In this document: in pieces, positions 24,387 to 33,965 of the stretch
How the letters are laid out: the number at the start of each line of letters is the position of its first letter
Position numbering within the stretch: the first letter of the stretch is position 1
DNA from: a virus
DNA length: 64,000 nt
Virus record (IMG/VR): IMGVR_UViG_3300045988_062804
Strand: one strand, 5' to 3'
Notes under the pieces: generated by a model
Database searches by the model: none
The model's input: only the letters and a program-made list of their open reading frames with translations
What the model was told of the DNA's origin: nothing
Position numbers and translations under genes: made by a program

Positions 24387-24420
24387 ATGCCATTTGCTCG
24401 TGAGAGTGGGTGGCATTTTT
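24387..24420 (+). repeat. conserved GNRA-capped hairpin (copy e, variant) with T-run
   Basis: ATGCCA-ttt-GCTC-GTGA-GAGT-ggg-TGGCAT-TTTTT. Confidence 0.45.
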
Positions 24421-24438
24421 CATTTAACACTTATATTT

Positions 24439-24729
24439 ATGATTGGATTTTTAAGTTATTTAGTTAGTAAGGGGTTTACACCTTACAGAAAGATTGGTGA
24501 CAAATATGTCAAATGTAGTCTTGATAACTACTTCTCATCTACAATGCCTGGATATTTAGATATTAGGTTAATAAAAGGTAAGAAAGAAGTTGTCTATGGA
24601 TTACATGAGAGAAACCATCCACCTACATTGATATATCCTAGACCACAGTGGGTAGTCTATGACTATGAAATGGATAGATTATTCCAGACCACATCATTCG
24701 AAGATATATACAATCTGTTGCACTTTTAA
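24439..24729 (+). CDS. hypothetical protein (96 aa)
   Basis: ATG at 24439 preferred, because the longer ORF starts inside the hairpin. Confidence 0.5.
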   Translation: MIGFLSYLVSKGFTPYRKIGDKYVKCSLDNYFSSTMPGYLDIRLIKGKKEVVYGLHERNHPPTLIYPRPQWVVYDYEMDRLFQTTSFEDIYNLLHF

Positions 24730-24731
24730 AA

Positions 24732-24803
24732 GTCCCCATAGGTCAACGGATAGACCAAGAGTTTCCTAAACTCTAAATGAAGGTTCGATTCCTTCTGGGG
24801 ATA
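24732..24803 (+). tRNA. tRNA-Arg(CCT)
   Basis: Acceptor GTCCCCA/TGGGGAT, stem AGAGT/ACTCT, loop TTCCTAA. Confidence 0.85.
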
Positions 24804-24825
24804 CTAATTTAACGTATCAAAGATT

Positions 24826-25155
24826 ATGAAAGTATATGATGTTATAAGAATTGCTAAAGATACCTACATAAGTGAAACTAGTCACCTATGTTATCCAGGT
24901 ATGTGTTGGTGTCTTAAAGTGGCAGCAACTAAAGGATTGGGTTTTAAAGAGAAGAATAGGAAAGAGCATCCTTCTTATAAGGATTTAGTTACTAATATTC
25001 CAGAATTTAATCCAGAGTTCCTTAAAGCTACTAAAACTGTACAACACGCAGGTTTGGACTTCTGGTGGGAGAACACAGATGTGAAGTCTAGGCTTAATGC
25101 CTTTGAAGTACTAGAAGGTATCTATAAGGAGAGTGTTAGAGAATTTGAATATTAA
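24826..25155 (+). CDS. hypothetical protein (109 aa)
   Basis: ORF; no motif recognised. Confidence 0.55.
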   Translation: MKVYDVIRIAKDTYISETSHLCYPGMCWCLKVAATKGLGFKEKNRKEHPSYKDLVTNIPEFNPEFLKATKTVQHAGLDFWWENTDVKSRLNAFEVLEGIYKESVREFEY

Positions 25156-25161
25156 AGTATA

Positions 25162-25580
25162 ATAGAGGGGATGTGGGCTTGGAGGTAGCCATCATTTAAA
25201 GAGTTGCGAGCGGAGGTTATGGTATATCCTTAGGTCATGTATAGCTAACATGATGTAGACAAGCGTGGAGGTATAGAACTTACTAGTCCTTCCGTAGAGC
25301 CGCAGGGAGGCACAAGCATTAATCTCGGAGAGTAGTATTCCAAGTCTGAAACGACGAGGGTTCCTATACGTTGCTCAATGTGATATTAAGTGTCGGAGCC
25401 AATTATTGATAAGTTCCAACAGTACGAGAGGAGCCTGGAATTAAGATTGGGAGGTACGTGATACCTTAGCTGTTAGTAGGAAAACGAAAGTCAGTTAGTA
25501 CATACGTTAAGTCACTGTGTACATACGTTCAATGTCAATAATCGCCCTTAGAGCATTTGGTGTAACAGCACACCCTCTAT
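25162..25580 (+). ncRNA. ~420-nt structured RNA containing a sarcin-ricin-loop-identical 12-mer
   Basis: ORF-free. Closing helix ATAGAGGG (25162-25169) / CCCTCTAT (25573-25580). AGTACGAGAGGA at 25421-25432 is flanked by TTCCA/TGGAA. Confidence 0.5.
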
Positions 25581-25584
25581 CTTT

Positions 25585-25656
25585 AGTCCTATAGTTTAAC
25601 GGATAGAATACCATACTACGGATATGGAGGTCTCAGTTCGATTCTGAGTAGGACTA
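25585..25656 (+). tRNA. tRNA-Arg(ACG)
   Basis: Acceptor AGTCCTA/TAGGACT, stem CCATA/TATGG, loop CTACGGA. Confidence 0.85.
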
Positions 25657-25674
25657 CATCTAAAGTTATTTATT

Positions 25675-26034
25675 ATGAATAAGTTAGTAAAGCTTAGGGA
25701 TAAGTGGTTTCCCAAGCCTAAGCCACTAAGTGTCTTAGATGCTTATACAATCACTAAATATGGATTAAAACTTGATAGAGACACCTTGCATAAGAAGTGT
25801 GTAGAAGAGATAGCTGGCTTAATGCAAGCTAAATCGGCTAGAAACGAATATAGCTTGGTGTTTGACCTTGACGAGAATATTCCCGAATTAGGAGTATACT
25901 TATCTGAGTATTATACTAATTTAGGGTTTAATTGCTTCGTCTTGGACAGCTCAGTAGACAAGAGAATTGAAACGCCTCAACTCTATCTTAGCTGGAAACG
26001 AAAAGGCGTTAAATCGTCTGTGTTTGAAGGATAG
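25675..26034 (+). CDS. hypothetical protein (119 aa)
   Basis: ORF; no motif recognised. Confidence 0.55.
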   Translation: MNKLVKLRDKWFPKPKPLSVLDAYTITKYGLKLDRDTLHKKCVEEIAGLMQAKSARNEYSLVFDLDENIPELGVYLSEYYTNLGFNCFVLDSSVDKRIETPQLYLSWKRKGVKSSVFEG

Positions 26035-26067
26035 TCCTTCAATTAACTTTAATAACTTAATTACATT

Positions 26068-26667
26068 ATGGCAATTAACTTGCAAAAAGGTGGACGTATT
26101 GACCTTTCTAAGGAGTCCACAGCTAGCGTGTTTAGAATTGGTTTGGGCTGGGATGCAGCACAACCTGGTAAGGAATTTGACTTGGATGCTATGGCTCTGA
26201 TGGTAAAAGCTGATGGTAAGTGTCTGAGCGACAATCACATGGTATTCTACGGTAACTTGGAAGACCCTTCTAAATCTGTAAAACACTCTGGTGATAACCG
26301 TACTGGTGCTGGTGACGGTGATGATGAAACTATCACTATCGACACTACTAAGGTTCCTGCTGAAGTACAGGAAATCATAGTACTGGTGAATATCCACGAT
26401 GCCAAGAACCGTCAGCAGAACTTCGGCATGGTAAAGAATGCCAAAGTAAATCTGTATGAAGGTGCAGAAGGCAATAACATTCTTGCTAAGTACGACTTGG
26501 AAGAAGATGCTTCTATGGACAGAGCGTTGGTATTCTGTAAGCTATATCGCAAGGACGGAAGCTGGAGATTCCAGGCAGTAAACGAGGGTAAAGGTAATTA
26601 CCAGTCAGTGCTGTTGTGTGACATTCTGTCAGGTTACGGCATTGATGCTGGTCCAAAGGATTTATAA
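26068..26667 (+). CDS. terD: TerD-family stress protein
   Basis: MAINLQKGGRIDLSKE, GLGWD, FDLDAMALMV, HSGDNRTGAGDGDDETITID, ALVFCKLYRKDGSWRFQAV. Confidence 0.85.
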   Translation: MAINLQKGGRIDLSKESTASVFRIGLGWDAAQPGKEFDLDAMALMVKADGKCLSDNHMVFYGNLEDPSKSVKHSGDNRTGAGDGDDETITIDTTKVPAEVQEIIVLVNIHDAKNRQQNFGMVKNAKVNLYEGAEGNNILAKYDLEEDASMDRALVFCKLYRKDGSWRFQAVNEGKGNYQSVLLCDILSGYGIDAGPKDL

Positions 26668-26670
26668 GCC

Positions 26671-27318
26671 ATGATAAATCTGTCTAAAGGTGGTAGAGTA
26701 AATCTGTCGAAGGATGATAACGGTAACAAGTTATCTAAGGTTTTCTTTGGTGCGAACTGGGGAGCTATCAAGTCTGGTGGCTTCTTAGGTTTCGGTGGAG
26801 GTACTGAGGCTGTAGACCTCGATGCTTCTGTAGTTCTTATGGATGCTAATAAGCGTAAGCTTGAAACTGTTTACTTTGGTCATAAAGATTCAAGTGACAG
26901 AGCTATCCATCACTCTGGTGATGATTTGGTAGGTGATACCAATGGAGACGACGGAATGGATAATGAAACTATCTCAGTAGAACTGGATAGAATTAGACCA
27001 GAAGTTGAATATGTTGCATTCATCTTAAATTCATTTCGTCACCAAAGATTCGATAAGATTCCTTATATGGGATTACGAATCTATACGACATCTGACGGGC
27101 GTCCTGTTACCCGTCCAAACTCCAATCCTAACGTATTGGCTAAGTATAACCTAGACAATGATAGTAAAGACTCTGATACAACATTCGTTGGTCGTGAAGC
27201 TATCATCTTAGGATATGCTTATCGTAAGGATGGAGAGTGGAAGTTCAAGGCTCTTGGTAACACAGGCTCTTGGCAGTCTATAGGAGAAATCGAAAGGGTA
27301 TTACCCAATTTTATTTAA
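26671..27318 (+). CDS. TerD-domain protein (second paralogue)
   Basis: MINLSKGGRVNLSK, VDLDASVVLMD, HHSGDDLVGDTNGDDGMDNETISV, YRKDGEWKFKALG. Confidence 0.8.
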   Translation: MINLSKGGRVNLSKDDNGNKLSKVFFGANWGAIKSGGFLGFGGGTEAVDLDASVVLMDANKRKLETVYFGHKDSSDRAIHHSGDDLVGDTNGDDGMDNETISVELDRIRPEVEYVAFILNSFRHQRFDKIPYMGLRIYTTSDGRPVTRPNSNPNVLAKYNLDNDSKDSDTTFVGREAIILGYAYRKDGEWKFKALGNTGSWQSIGEIERVLPNFI

Positions 27319-27337
27319 TTATTAAATACTTACAATT

Positions 27338-27694
27338 ATGTGTAAAGAAAGTGTAAACGTAGAAGAACTTCGTAAAGAAGTTATGGCGGACGGAGTGGTA
27401 ACAAAGGAAGAAGTGGAAATGCTGTGGGAGAAGAAAGACTCTCAAGAAGGTAACACTTCATCTGAATTTGATGCATTCTTTGCTGAAGCAGTGATGGCTT
27501 GGTTGTTAGCAGACGGTAAGATTGACGAAGAAGAGGCTCAGTTCCTGGTTGACAAAATCAACGAGGATGAGGACATCGACGACGCTGAATCTGAACTGTT
27601 GGAATCTATCAACGAGTGGGGTTCAGAAGAGGGACACGAGGTTCCGAGTATCCTTGTGGATGCTTTCTCCGACTACTTCGACAACGAAGACTAA
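27338..27694 (+). CDS. TerB-like acidic protein
   Basis: Repeated ADGxxxxEE units (ADGVVTKEEVEML, ADGKIDEEEAQFL) as in TerB; very acidic C-terminus. Confidence 0.45.
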   Translation: MCKESVNVEELRKEVMADGVVTKEEVEMLWEKKDSQEGNTSSEFDAFFAEAVMAWLLADGKIDEEEAQFLVDKINEDEDIDDAESELLESINEWGSEEGHEVPSILVDAFSDYFDNED

Positions 27695-27707
27695 AAACAC
27701 TTCTCAC

Positions 27708-27732
27708 GGGTGGGCATGACTGTCCACCTTTT
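27708..27732 (+). terminator. rho-independent terminator candidate
   Basis: GGTGG-gcatgactgt-CCACC-TTTT after the TerB-like gene. Confidence 0.45.
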
Positions 27733-27752
27733 AATAATTAAATAACTTAAAG

Positions 27753-30236
27753 ATGAATATAGAATTGTTAAAGGGCTTGACAGATGCTGAGGTTAATCAT
27801 AGTAGAGAGTGTCATGGCTCTAATACACTAACCCCACCTAAGAGAGACCCTTGGTATGTACTTTTCTTTGAGAAGTTTAAAGACCCCTTAATTCAAATAT
27901 TGAGTGTTGCTGCAGTCATTGCACTAATACTAGGGGTTATTAAATCAGAATATCTTGAACCCGTAGGAATCATAGCTGCTATACTATTGGCAGTAACTAT
28001 CGGTTTTATAAATGAGTATAGCGCATCTAAGAAATTTGATGTGCTGACTACAAGTTCTGATGATACACTTGTCAAAGTAAGGCGAAACGGTATAGTAACT
28101 CAAGTAGCTCGTAAAGACCTTGTTGTTGATGATGTAGTATTGCTAGCGGCTGGTGAAGAAATTCCTGCTGATATAACAGCTTATGAATCCCACAATCTAA
28201 AGGTCAATGAGTCTGTATTAACTGGAGAATCCAAGGCTGTTACTAAACAACCTAAAGAGGAAGGTGAATTAAATGCTACTTATCCCTCATGGCTACTACT
28301 GAAAGGTACTATCGTTGAAGAAGGTACTGTAACAGGTATAGTCAATGCTGTAGGTGATAACACTGCATTCGGACAGACAGCTCGTAAAGCTGCTGAGATT
28401 ACTGATACAGAGACTCCACTAAACAAGCAGCTTAATGGTCTTGCTGACCTTATCAATAAGATTGCATTTGGTGCTGCTGGTTTCCTTATTCTTGCCTTAT
28501 TGGTGAGATACTTCTTTATAGAACAAGCTTATGTAGGACAAGATTGGATGCAGATTACTAACGATTTGTTATCCTTCCTAATGATTGCAGTTGCATTAAT
28601 TGTAGTTGCAGTACCAGAAGGATTACCCATGGCGGTTACTTTAGCATTAGCATACTCTATGAAGAGAATGTCTAAGGCTAATAACTTAGTTCGTAAGATG
28701 CACGCTTGTGAAACTCTCGGAGCAACTACTCTTATTCTAACCGATAAAACGGGCACTCTAACAGAGAATAAGATGAAAGTTGTGAATGAGGTAATGCCTA
28801 ATAGGGCATACATTACCATTAACACTTTAGCCAATTCTACAGCATATGTAGATGGTGATAAGACTGTTGGTAATCCTACAGAAGGTGCTATAATTAAGTA
28901 TATGGATGCAGGTGATTTACTTGATGATATAAGGAGGGATAACTCCCCAGTGTTCAGACTGGATTTCTCAAGTAAGACTAAGTTCATGATGTCTGTTGTT
29001 AAACAAGATGATGCCTTTATATCCCTGATAAAGGGTGCTCCCGAAGTTGTCAGAAGTATGTGTAATGCTACTGATATTGAAGGAGAGGTAAATGAGCAGA
29101 ACAAAGGTAGAAGAGTTATAGGCTTTGCTTATAAGGAATCTATGACTTTAGAAGATGCTCAGAAACTAAATGGCTTCACCTATAACGGATTCATGGCTAT
29201 TGAAGACCCAATCCGTAAGGACGTACCAGATGCAGTTAAAGCTGCTAAAGAGGCTGGCATTGAAGTTAAAATCATTACTGGTGATAATCCAGCTACAGCC
29301 ACTGAAATAGCGAGACAGGCTGGATTAAGTGAACATCCCGTAGCAATGTTGGGCAGCGATATAAAAGAACAGGTAAACCCTCTACGAGTAGTAGATGTGT
29401 TTGCTCGTACTAAACCAGAGGATAAACAAACTCTGGTAACTCGCTTCCAACAAATGGGAGAAGTAGTCGCTATGACTGGTGATGGTACTAATGATGCACC
29501 AGCTTTAAATCATGCCGAAGTAGGTATTGCCATGAATAATGGCACTGATGTAGCTAAAGAGGCTGCTGATATTATCCTACTCGACAATTCGTTCCCATCC
29601 ATCATCTTAGGAGTGAAGTGGGGAAGAAGTCTGTACAAGAATATACAGCACTTCATTCTATTCCAATTGACCATTAACGTAGTAGCTATTCTTATAGCTT
29701 GTATTGGTCCGTTTATTGGAGTAGACCTACCCTTCACTGTTACTCAGATGTTATGGGTTAATTTAATCATGGATACATTCGCTGCATTAGCTTTGGCAAC
29801 TGAACCAGCCAATGATGCAGTTATGAAGGATAAACCAAGAAGTCCTAAAGCATTCATTATCACTAAGAAAATGTGGTATGAAATCTTTGGAGTTGGTATT
29901 ATATTCTTCATATTCTTAGTCACTTTACTCTATACTAAAGCAGTATCTCTAACAGAGTTCTTTACGATATTCGTATTGTTACAATGGTGGAATCTGTTCA
30001 ATGCTAGAGTGTTCGGACAAAGGAGAAGTATCTTTGATGGCTTACTAAAGAATCCAGCGTTTGCTGGAATAGCTTTAGTTATTCTCGTCGGTCAATTCTT
30101 AATCGTTCAATATGGTGGTGCTATGTTTAGAACCGAACCTCTCTCTATGGAGACTTTGGGTTTGATTTTAGCTGGAACCTCTGTAGTTACGGTTGTTAGG
30201 GAGTTGGCTTATCAATTAGGCAAAATTTTCAAATAG
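27753..30236 (+). CDS. P-type (P2, Ca2+-transporting-type) ATPase
   Basis: TGES, DKTGTLT, TGDGTNDAPAL, about 10 TM helices, and an N-terminal cation-ATPase-N segment. Confidence 0.9.
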   Translation: MNIELLKGLTDAEVNHSRECHGSNTLTPPKRDPWYVLFFEKFKDPLIQILSVAAVIALILGVIKSEYLEPVGIIAAILLAVTIGFINEYSASKKFDVLTTSSDDTLVKVRRNGIVTQVARKDLVVDDVVLLAAGEEIPADITAYESHNLKVNESVLTGESKAVTKQPKEEGELNATYPSWLLLKGTIVEEGTVTGIVNAVGDNTAFGQTARKAAEITDTETPLNKQLNGLADLINKIAFGAAGFLILALLVRYFFIEQAYVGQDWMQITNDLLSFLMIAVALIVVAVPEGLPMAVTLALAYSMKRMSKANNLVRKMHACETLGATTLILTDKTGTLTENKMKVVNEVMPNRAYITINTLANSTAYVDGDKTVGNPTEGAIIKYMDAGDLLDDIRRDNSPVFRLDFSSKTKFMMSVVKQDDAFISLIKGAPEVVRSMCNATDIEGEVNEQNKGRRVIGFAYKESMTLEDAQKLNGFTYNGFMAIEDPIRKDVPDAVKAAKEAGIEVKIITGDNPATATEIARQAGLSEHPVAMLGSDIKEQVNPLRVVDVFARTKPEDKQTLVTRFQQMGEVVAMTGDGTNDAPALNHAEVGIAMNNGTDVAKEAADIILLDNSFPSIILGVKWGRSLYKNIQHFILFQLTINVVAILIACIGPFIGVDLPFTVTQMLWVNLIMDTFAALALATEPANDAVMKDKPRSPKAFIITKKMWYEIFGVGIIFFIFLVTLLYTKAVSLTEFFTIFVLLQWWNLFNARVFGQRRSIFDGLLKNPAFAGIALVILVGQFLIVQYGGAMFRTEPLSMETLGLILAGTSVVTVVRELAYQLGKIFK

Positions 30237-30237
30237 T

Positions 30238-30630
30238 ATGGAATATTGGGTATTATACTTATGTAGTATTGCTGACTCAGTTCATACATTGTTAATGGTT
30301 CTTTCTATCTTTGGTTTAATAATATCAGTTATTCTATTCCTTATGTCCATATGTAGTTCACAGTGCGATGTGTGTAGTACTAGAGCTTGCGTTGCTAAAG
30401 GTGTAAAGAAGTCTGGTGTAAAGAGGAAATACTTCGTGATACCTACTGTAATAGCGGCAGTATTATGTGTACTTACTCCTTCAACAAACCAATGCTACGC
30501 TATCTTTGGCGTAGGAGCAACTCTACATTATGTAAATCATAGTGAAGAAGTGCAAAAGATACCTGACAATGCAATGAAAGCAGTAAATCGCTACTTGGAG
30601 TCTCTGGCTCCCAACGACTCCATACAATAG
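30238..30630 (+). CDS. membrane protein (130 aa)
   Basis: Starts 2 nt after the ATPase stop; 2-3 hydrophobic helices. Confidence 0.55.
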   Translation: MEYWVLYLCSIADSVHTLLMVLSIFGLIISVILFLMSICSSQCDVCSTRACVAKGVKKSGVKRKYFVIPTVIAAVLCVLTPSTNQCYAIFGVGATLHYVNHSEEVQKIPDNAMKAVNRYLESLAPNDSIQ

Positions 30631-30634
30631 TACT

Positions 30635-30682
30635 AGGGGTCAATGCTGTCTATATATGTAGATGGGTTGACCCTTATTTTTT
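30635..30682 (+). terminator. rho-independent terminator
   Basis: AGGGGTCAA ... TTGACCCTT followed by ATTTTTT. Confidence 0.6.
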
Positions 30683-30717
30683 GTAGATACGTGGTAAAGT
30701 AACTGAAAAGTCAATAA

Positions 30718-31206
30718 GTGAAGGGACTAAGTAAAGTTAAGGCATGGCTAACTAAGAAGGAATTTATTCAAGTAGAACAGGTTGGAGATACAAATTCAGA
30801 ATACTTCCAGTTATCTGGATTTCCAATTACAGTTAGACTTGGAGACCATCTTGGTAGGCAGAATACTATCTCTGATAAGTATATCAATGTTTTACCAGGT
30901 AACGATTGTGATTCATATGTACTAGTAATAGACAAGACTACTAAAGTTGTTAAGTATAAAGAGTTATTGAAGGTTTTAGAGAGCTTCATTTCACTTTATT
31001 CAATCCTGCCAGACCATCTTAAATTTAGGGTGGAGATGAAGAAGGAATTTCAACAGAAGGAATCTAGTCTAAATTCTGAGATTAATAACCTGAAAGCATC
31101 TATTCAATCTCTTAAAGCTAAGATGAAAGATAAGATGAATAACTTTAGTCAGGCTATTAAGAAAGTGAATAATGACATTGTAGTCGAAATGAATAACTTG
31201 CAATGA
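30718..31206 (+). CDS. hypothetical protein (162 aa, C-terminal coiled coil)
   Basis: GTG start per the ORF track; no motif recognised. Confidence 0.5.
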   Translation: MKGLSKVKAWLTKKEFIQVEQVGDTNSEYFQLSGFPITVRLGDHLGRQNTISDKYINVLPGNDCDSYVLVIDKTTKVVKYKELLKVLESFISLYSILPDHLKFRVEMKKEFQQKESSLNSEINNLKASIQSLKAKMKDKMNNFSQAIKKVNNDIVVEMNNLQ

Positions 31207-31595
31207 TTATACAGAATATTATAGACTCTTGGAAACACATTCCATATACTCTTAGACATTATGCTGCCTTCCTCAGAACTGAGAAGAAGTATATTGGCTA
31301 TTATAAGTATAAGTTTCATGATTTAGATAAAGTTCTTATGTATATTTTTATCCCTTGGTTAGGCACTAAGAGAATCAAGAAGATACATAGAGCTATTAAC
31401 AAACATCATATCCAGAACCATAAAGCTGCTTGGGAGTGTAATTACGAAGAAGCAGTGATAGATTGGGAATGTTGTCGGTTAACTAAACCTCAAGAACCTA
31501 TGAGTGCAAGGGAATATCTAGAGTACAAGAAAGGAACTCTCAGAGATGTACATTATGCCCATATGGACATGATAATGAAACAATTTAACCTGTAG
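31203..31595 (+). CDS. hypothetical His-rich protein (130 aa)
   Basis: KFHDLDK ... HRAINKHHIQNHK; possible metal-binding/HD-like, family not identified. Confidence 0.5.
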   Translation: MIIQNIIDSWKHIPYTLRHYAAFLRTEKKYIGYYKYKFHDLDKVLMYIFIPWLGTKRIKKIHRAINKHHIQNHKAAWECNYEEAVIDWECCRLTKPQEPMSAREYLEYKKGTLRDVHYAHMDMIMKQFNL

Positions 31596-31602
31596 AATAG
31601 AT

Positions 31603-31923
31603 ATGGTTATCGAGGAAGCTGATTTTAGAATAACATCTGAAACTAGTGATTATTTCTGGGATTTAGAATTACTATATACAGTTAGACCTAAAGGTAAACC
31701 AGAGCGTCAGGAATTTAAGAACGCTGGGTATGGTATGCCATTGGATACTTGTATTAAGAGGGTAATTCATCACAGAATATCTAATAAGAGAGATGTTGGT
31801 ACTCTTGCAGAGTACGTACAAGATTATAAGGAAGAAGTAAAGAGATTGGAAGAGTTACTAAATTCTTCTTCAGTAGAGAAGATGGTAGCTGACTCTAAGC
31901 TAGCTAAATCTTTAAAATCATAA
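31603..31923 (+). CDS. hypothetical protein (106 aa)
   Basis: ORF; no motif recognised. Confidence 0.55.
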   Translation: MVIEEADFRITSETSDYFWDLELLYTVRPKGKPERQEFKNAGYGMPLDTCIKRVIHHRISNKRDVGTLAEYVQDYKEEVKRLEELLNSSSVEKMVADSKLAKSLKS

Positions 31924-31925
31924 TT

Positions 31926-32087
31926 ATGGCTTCAATTAAGAAAGCTCCTAAGAAGGGCACAAGACGCGTACAGTCAGTTAGAACACTGAGTTGTGATAGG
32001 TGTGGTTTGCCAACAACGCATACTCTATACGATGCAGAGAACAAAGTCTACAAGTGTACTATTTGTGGTAGTGTAATCAAATTATAA
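31926..32087 (+). CDS. small zinc-ribbon protein (53 aa)
   Basis: CDRCG ... CTICG (CxxC-N17-CxxC); TAATG overlap with the next gene. Confidence 0.45.
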   Translation: MASIKKAPKKGTRRVQSVRTLSCDRCGLPTTHTLYDAENKVYKCTICGSVIKL

Positions 32088-32512
32088 TGTGTAACTCTAA
32101 CTCGTTTAGTAAAATGAAGAAAGAAGAGAAGAAGAAGAAGGAAGAGGATAAGAGAGTTGATGTAAACAACGATGCCGAAATGGTTGCATTAGGAATCCGC
32201 AACCCATTTGTAACACCTCGTGACCCATCCGTGTGGACTAAGACTGAGAAAGAACGTAAGGCTTGGAAGAAGCAGCGCCGTTTCCCAGCTCCTGATTCAC
32301 GTTGGGCACCTCCTACAAGAACATCACGATTCGTAGGTCGTCTTATTGTCAATGTCAAAGGATTGGATAAGACAACTTATCGTCATGACTGCCCAGAAAC
32401 AGATATACCTTATCTGTTGAGTAAGTACAAGAGCGAACACAGCTCTATTGTGAGAGCATTCTGGAATGGTAAAGAAATCGACCCAGAACGTCTACTCAAA
32501 CAAGCAGTATAA
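32087..32512 (+). CDS. hypothetical basic protein (141 aa)
   Basis: Lys/Glu-rich N-terminus; no motif recognised. Confidence 0.55.
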   Translation: MCNSNSFSKMKKEEKKKKEEDKRVDVNNDAEMVALGIRNPFVTPRDPSVWTKTEKERKAWKKQRRFPAPDSRWAPPTRTSRFVGRLIVNVKGLDKTTYRHDCPETDIPYLLSKYKSEHSSIVRAFWNGKEIDPERLLKQAV

Positions 32513-32783
32513 GCTAACTGAATACCCTAAGTTCCTATATGAAGTATCTTTGTATAAGATATGGAAAGATAGGGCTGAGTGTGTAGGAAGTCAGTTCTAT
32601 GCAGCTGATACACCTTTAACTATAGCCAAAGAAACTATTAGTAAGAAGGTGGAAGATTATAGATTAGTTAAGTTTATTACTTGGCTATCAGCACCTCTAG
32701 ATTACTTGATGCAAAACAACTTTAAATTAGTTACTGATGAGAGTACTAGACGCACAAGGAAATCCAGAACAAAAAGAAACTAA
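32466..32783 (+). CDS. hypothetical protein (105 aa)
   Basis: Overlaps both neighbours by ~47 nt; start uncertain. Confidence 0.4.
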   Translation: MVKKSTQNVYSNKQYKLTEYPKFLYEVSLYKIWKDRAECVGSQFYAADTPLTIAKETISKKVEDYRLVKFITWLSAPLDYLMQNNFKLVTDESTRRTRKSRTKRN

Positions 32784-32808
32784 GCAAGGTGTTCAGACAG
32801 TAGATGCA

Positions 32809-33396
32809 ATGCCTACAATGCGATATACAGAGAAGGTAATTGATGAAAGTAGACGTAAGTGTACATTATCAAGTGTTATGGTAGAAATGTTAGTAAAGCA
32901 GATGTCTGCCGAATTAGCTAACCATAGTCTGTATAGAACCTTTGCTAATTACTTCGATGTAGAAGGATTGCCCAAATTAGCTGCTTACTGGCTTGGTAGA
33001 GCAGCTGAGGAGTATCTACACCATGAGTGGATTTATAAGTATCTGACTACTAATGATGCTCTGTTCCAATACCCACCAGTTCCAGCTATTAAGGTAAACA
33101 TAATTGATAGAGTTATGCCTTTCGCTGCTACTGTAGATAGGGAGATTGAAACTACTATGAGTATCAATAAGATTGTAGACCAAGCTCAGAAAGAGGGTGA
33201 TTGGGCTACATTCCAGTGGTTGAATGGTGAGGATGAAGACGAGGGAAGACTCGTTAAAGAGCAAGTAGAAGAAGAGTCCATTAGTAGGACTATTCTGGAT
33301 ATGGCTAAAGAGGAAGGTTCTTGGTTGCGTAAGCAATCCACTATCCTTGCTTTCTATCGTAATCCCGATAGCTTGCAGCCATCTCGTAAAGCATAA
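32809..33396 (+). CDS. ferritin-like protein
   Basis: MSAELANHSLYRTFANYF...AAEEYLHHEWIYKYL: the ferroxidase E ... ExxH pattern of a four-helix bundle. Start set to the ATG at 32809. Confidence 0.65.
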   Translation: MPTMRYTEKVIDESRRKCTLSSVMVEMLVKQMSAELANHSLYRTFANYFDVEGLPKLAAYWLGRAAEEYLHHEWIYKYLTTNDALFQYPPVPAIKVNIIDRVMPFAATVDREIETTMSINKIVDQAQKEGDWATFQWLNGEDEDEGRLVKEQVEEESISRTILDMAKEEGSWLRKQSTILAFYRNPDSLQPSRKA

Positions 33397-33449
33397 GATT
33401 ATTAAACTACAGAGATTAGCTTTAGAAATATCTTATAATTTACATTAAT

Positions 33450-33965
33450 ATGAAGAAGGTAGAATATATCGTAGACAGCTTTAAGGACTTTACTGGTGAA
33501 GAGCGTCAATTTGTAATGGCTGCTGTTAGCCTACATGGTGAGCCAGAAGTTTACATCGAAGAGGATGATGAACCCATTGATAATGACATGAAAGTGTTGT
33601 CTATCGGTGTGTCAGTATGCCGTCCTGACGATGAGTTCAATGAAACTCTTGGTAAGACTATTAGTGAGGGTAAGGCTACGAAATATCGTAATCACGCATT
33701 GTATGCTGTGGACGCAGGGCTAATCAACGAAACAATGGTTAGAGCACTGCTTCAACAAGAAGCTGAATACTTTAAAATAAATCCTGGTCGTTATCTGGCT
33801 GGATATGATAGGGATGCTGAGAAGTATCACAGAAGTACAAGGATTGAGAGTTATATTGAAAATCTCGGAGGAGAAGCCAAAACTGCATTCGATTACCTTA
33901 CAGAAGCAACTGATGAGGAAATGGAAAAGATGGCTGAGGCAGTAAACTACGTACTCGGTGAGTAA
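33450..33965 (+). CDS. hypothetical protein (171 aa)
   Basis: ORF; acidic. Confidence 0.55.
   Translation: MKKVEYIVDSFKDFTGEERQFVMAAVSLHGEPEVYIEEDDEPIDNDMKVLSIGVSVCRPDDEFNETLGKTISEGKATKYRNHALYAVDAGLINETMVRALLQQEAEYFKINPGRYLAGYDRDAEKYHRSTRIESYIENLGGEAKTAFDYLTEATDEEMEKMAEAVNYVLGE

Noticed and set aside
25421-25432. The SRL 12-mer as evidence for an rRNA gene or rRNA fragment.
   Set aside because: The flanking sequence shows no resemblance to 23S domain VI as I remember it, and no other rRNA signatures occur. It is kept as a motif inside a novel RNA instead.
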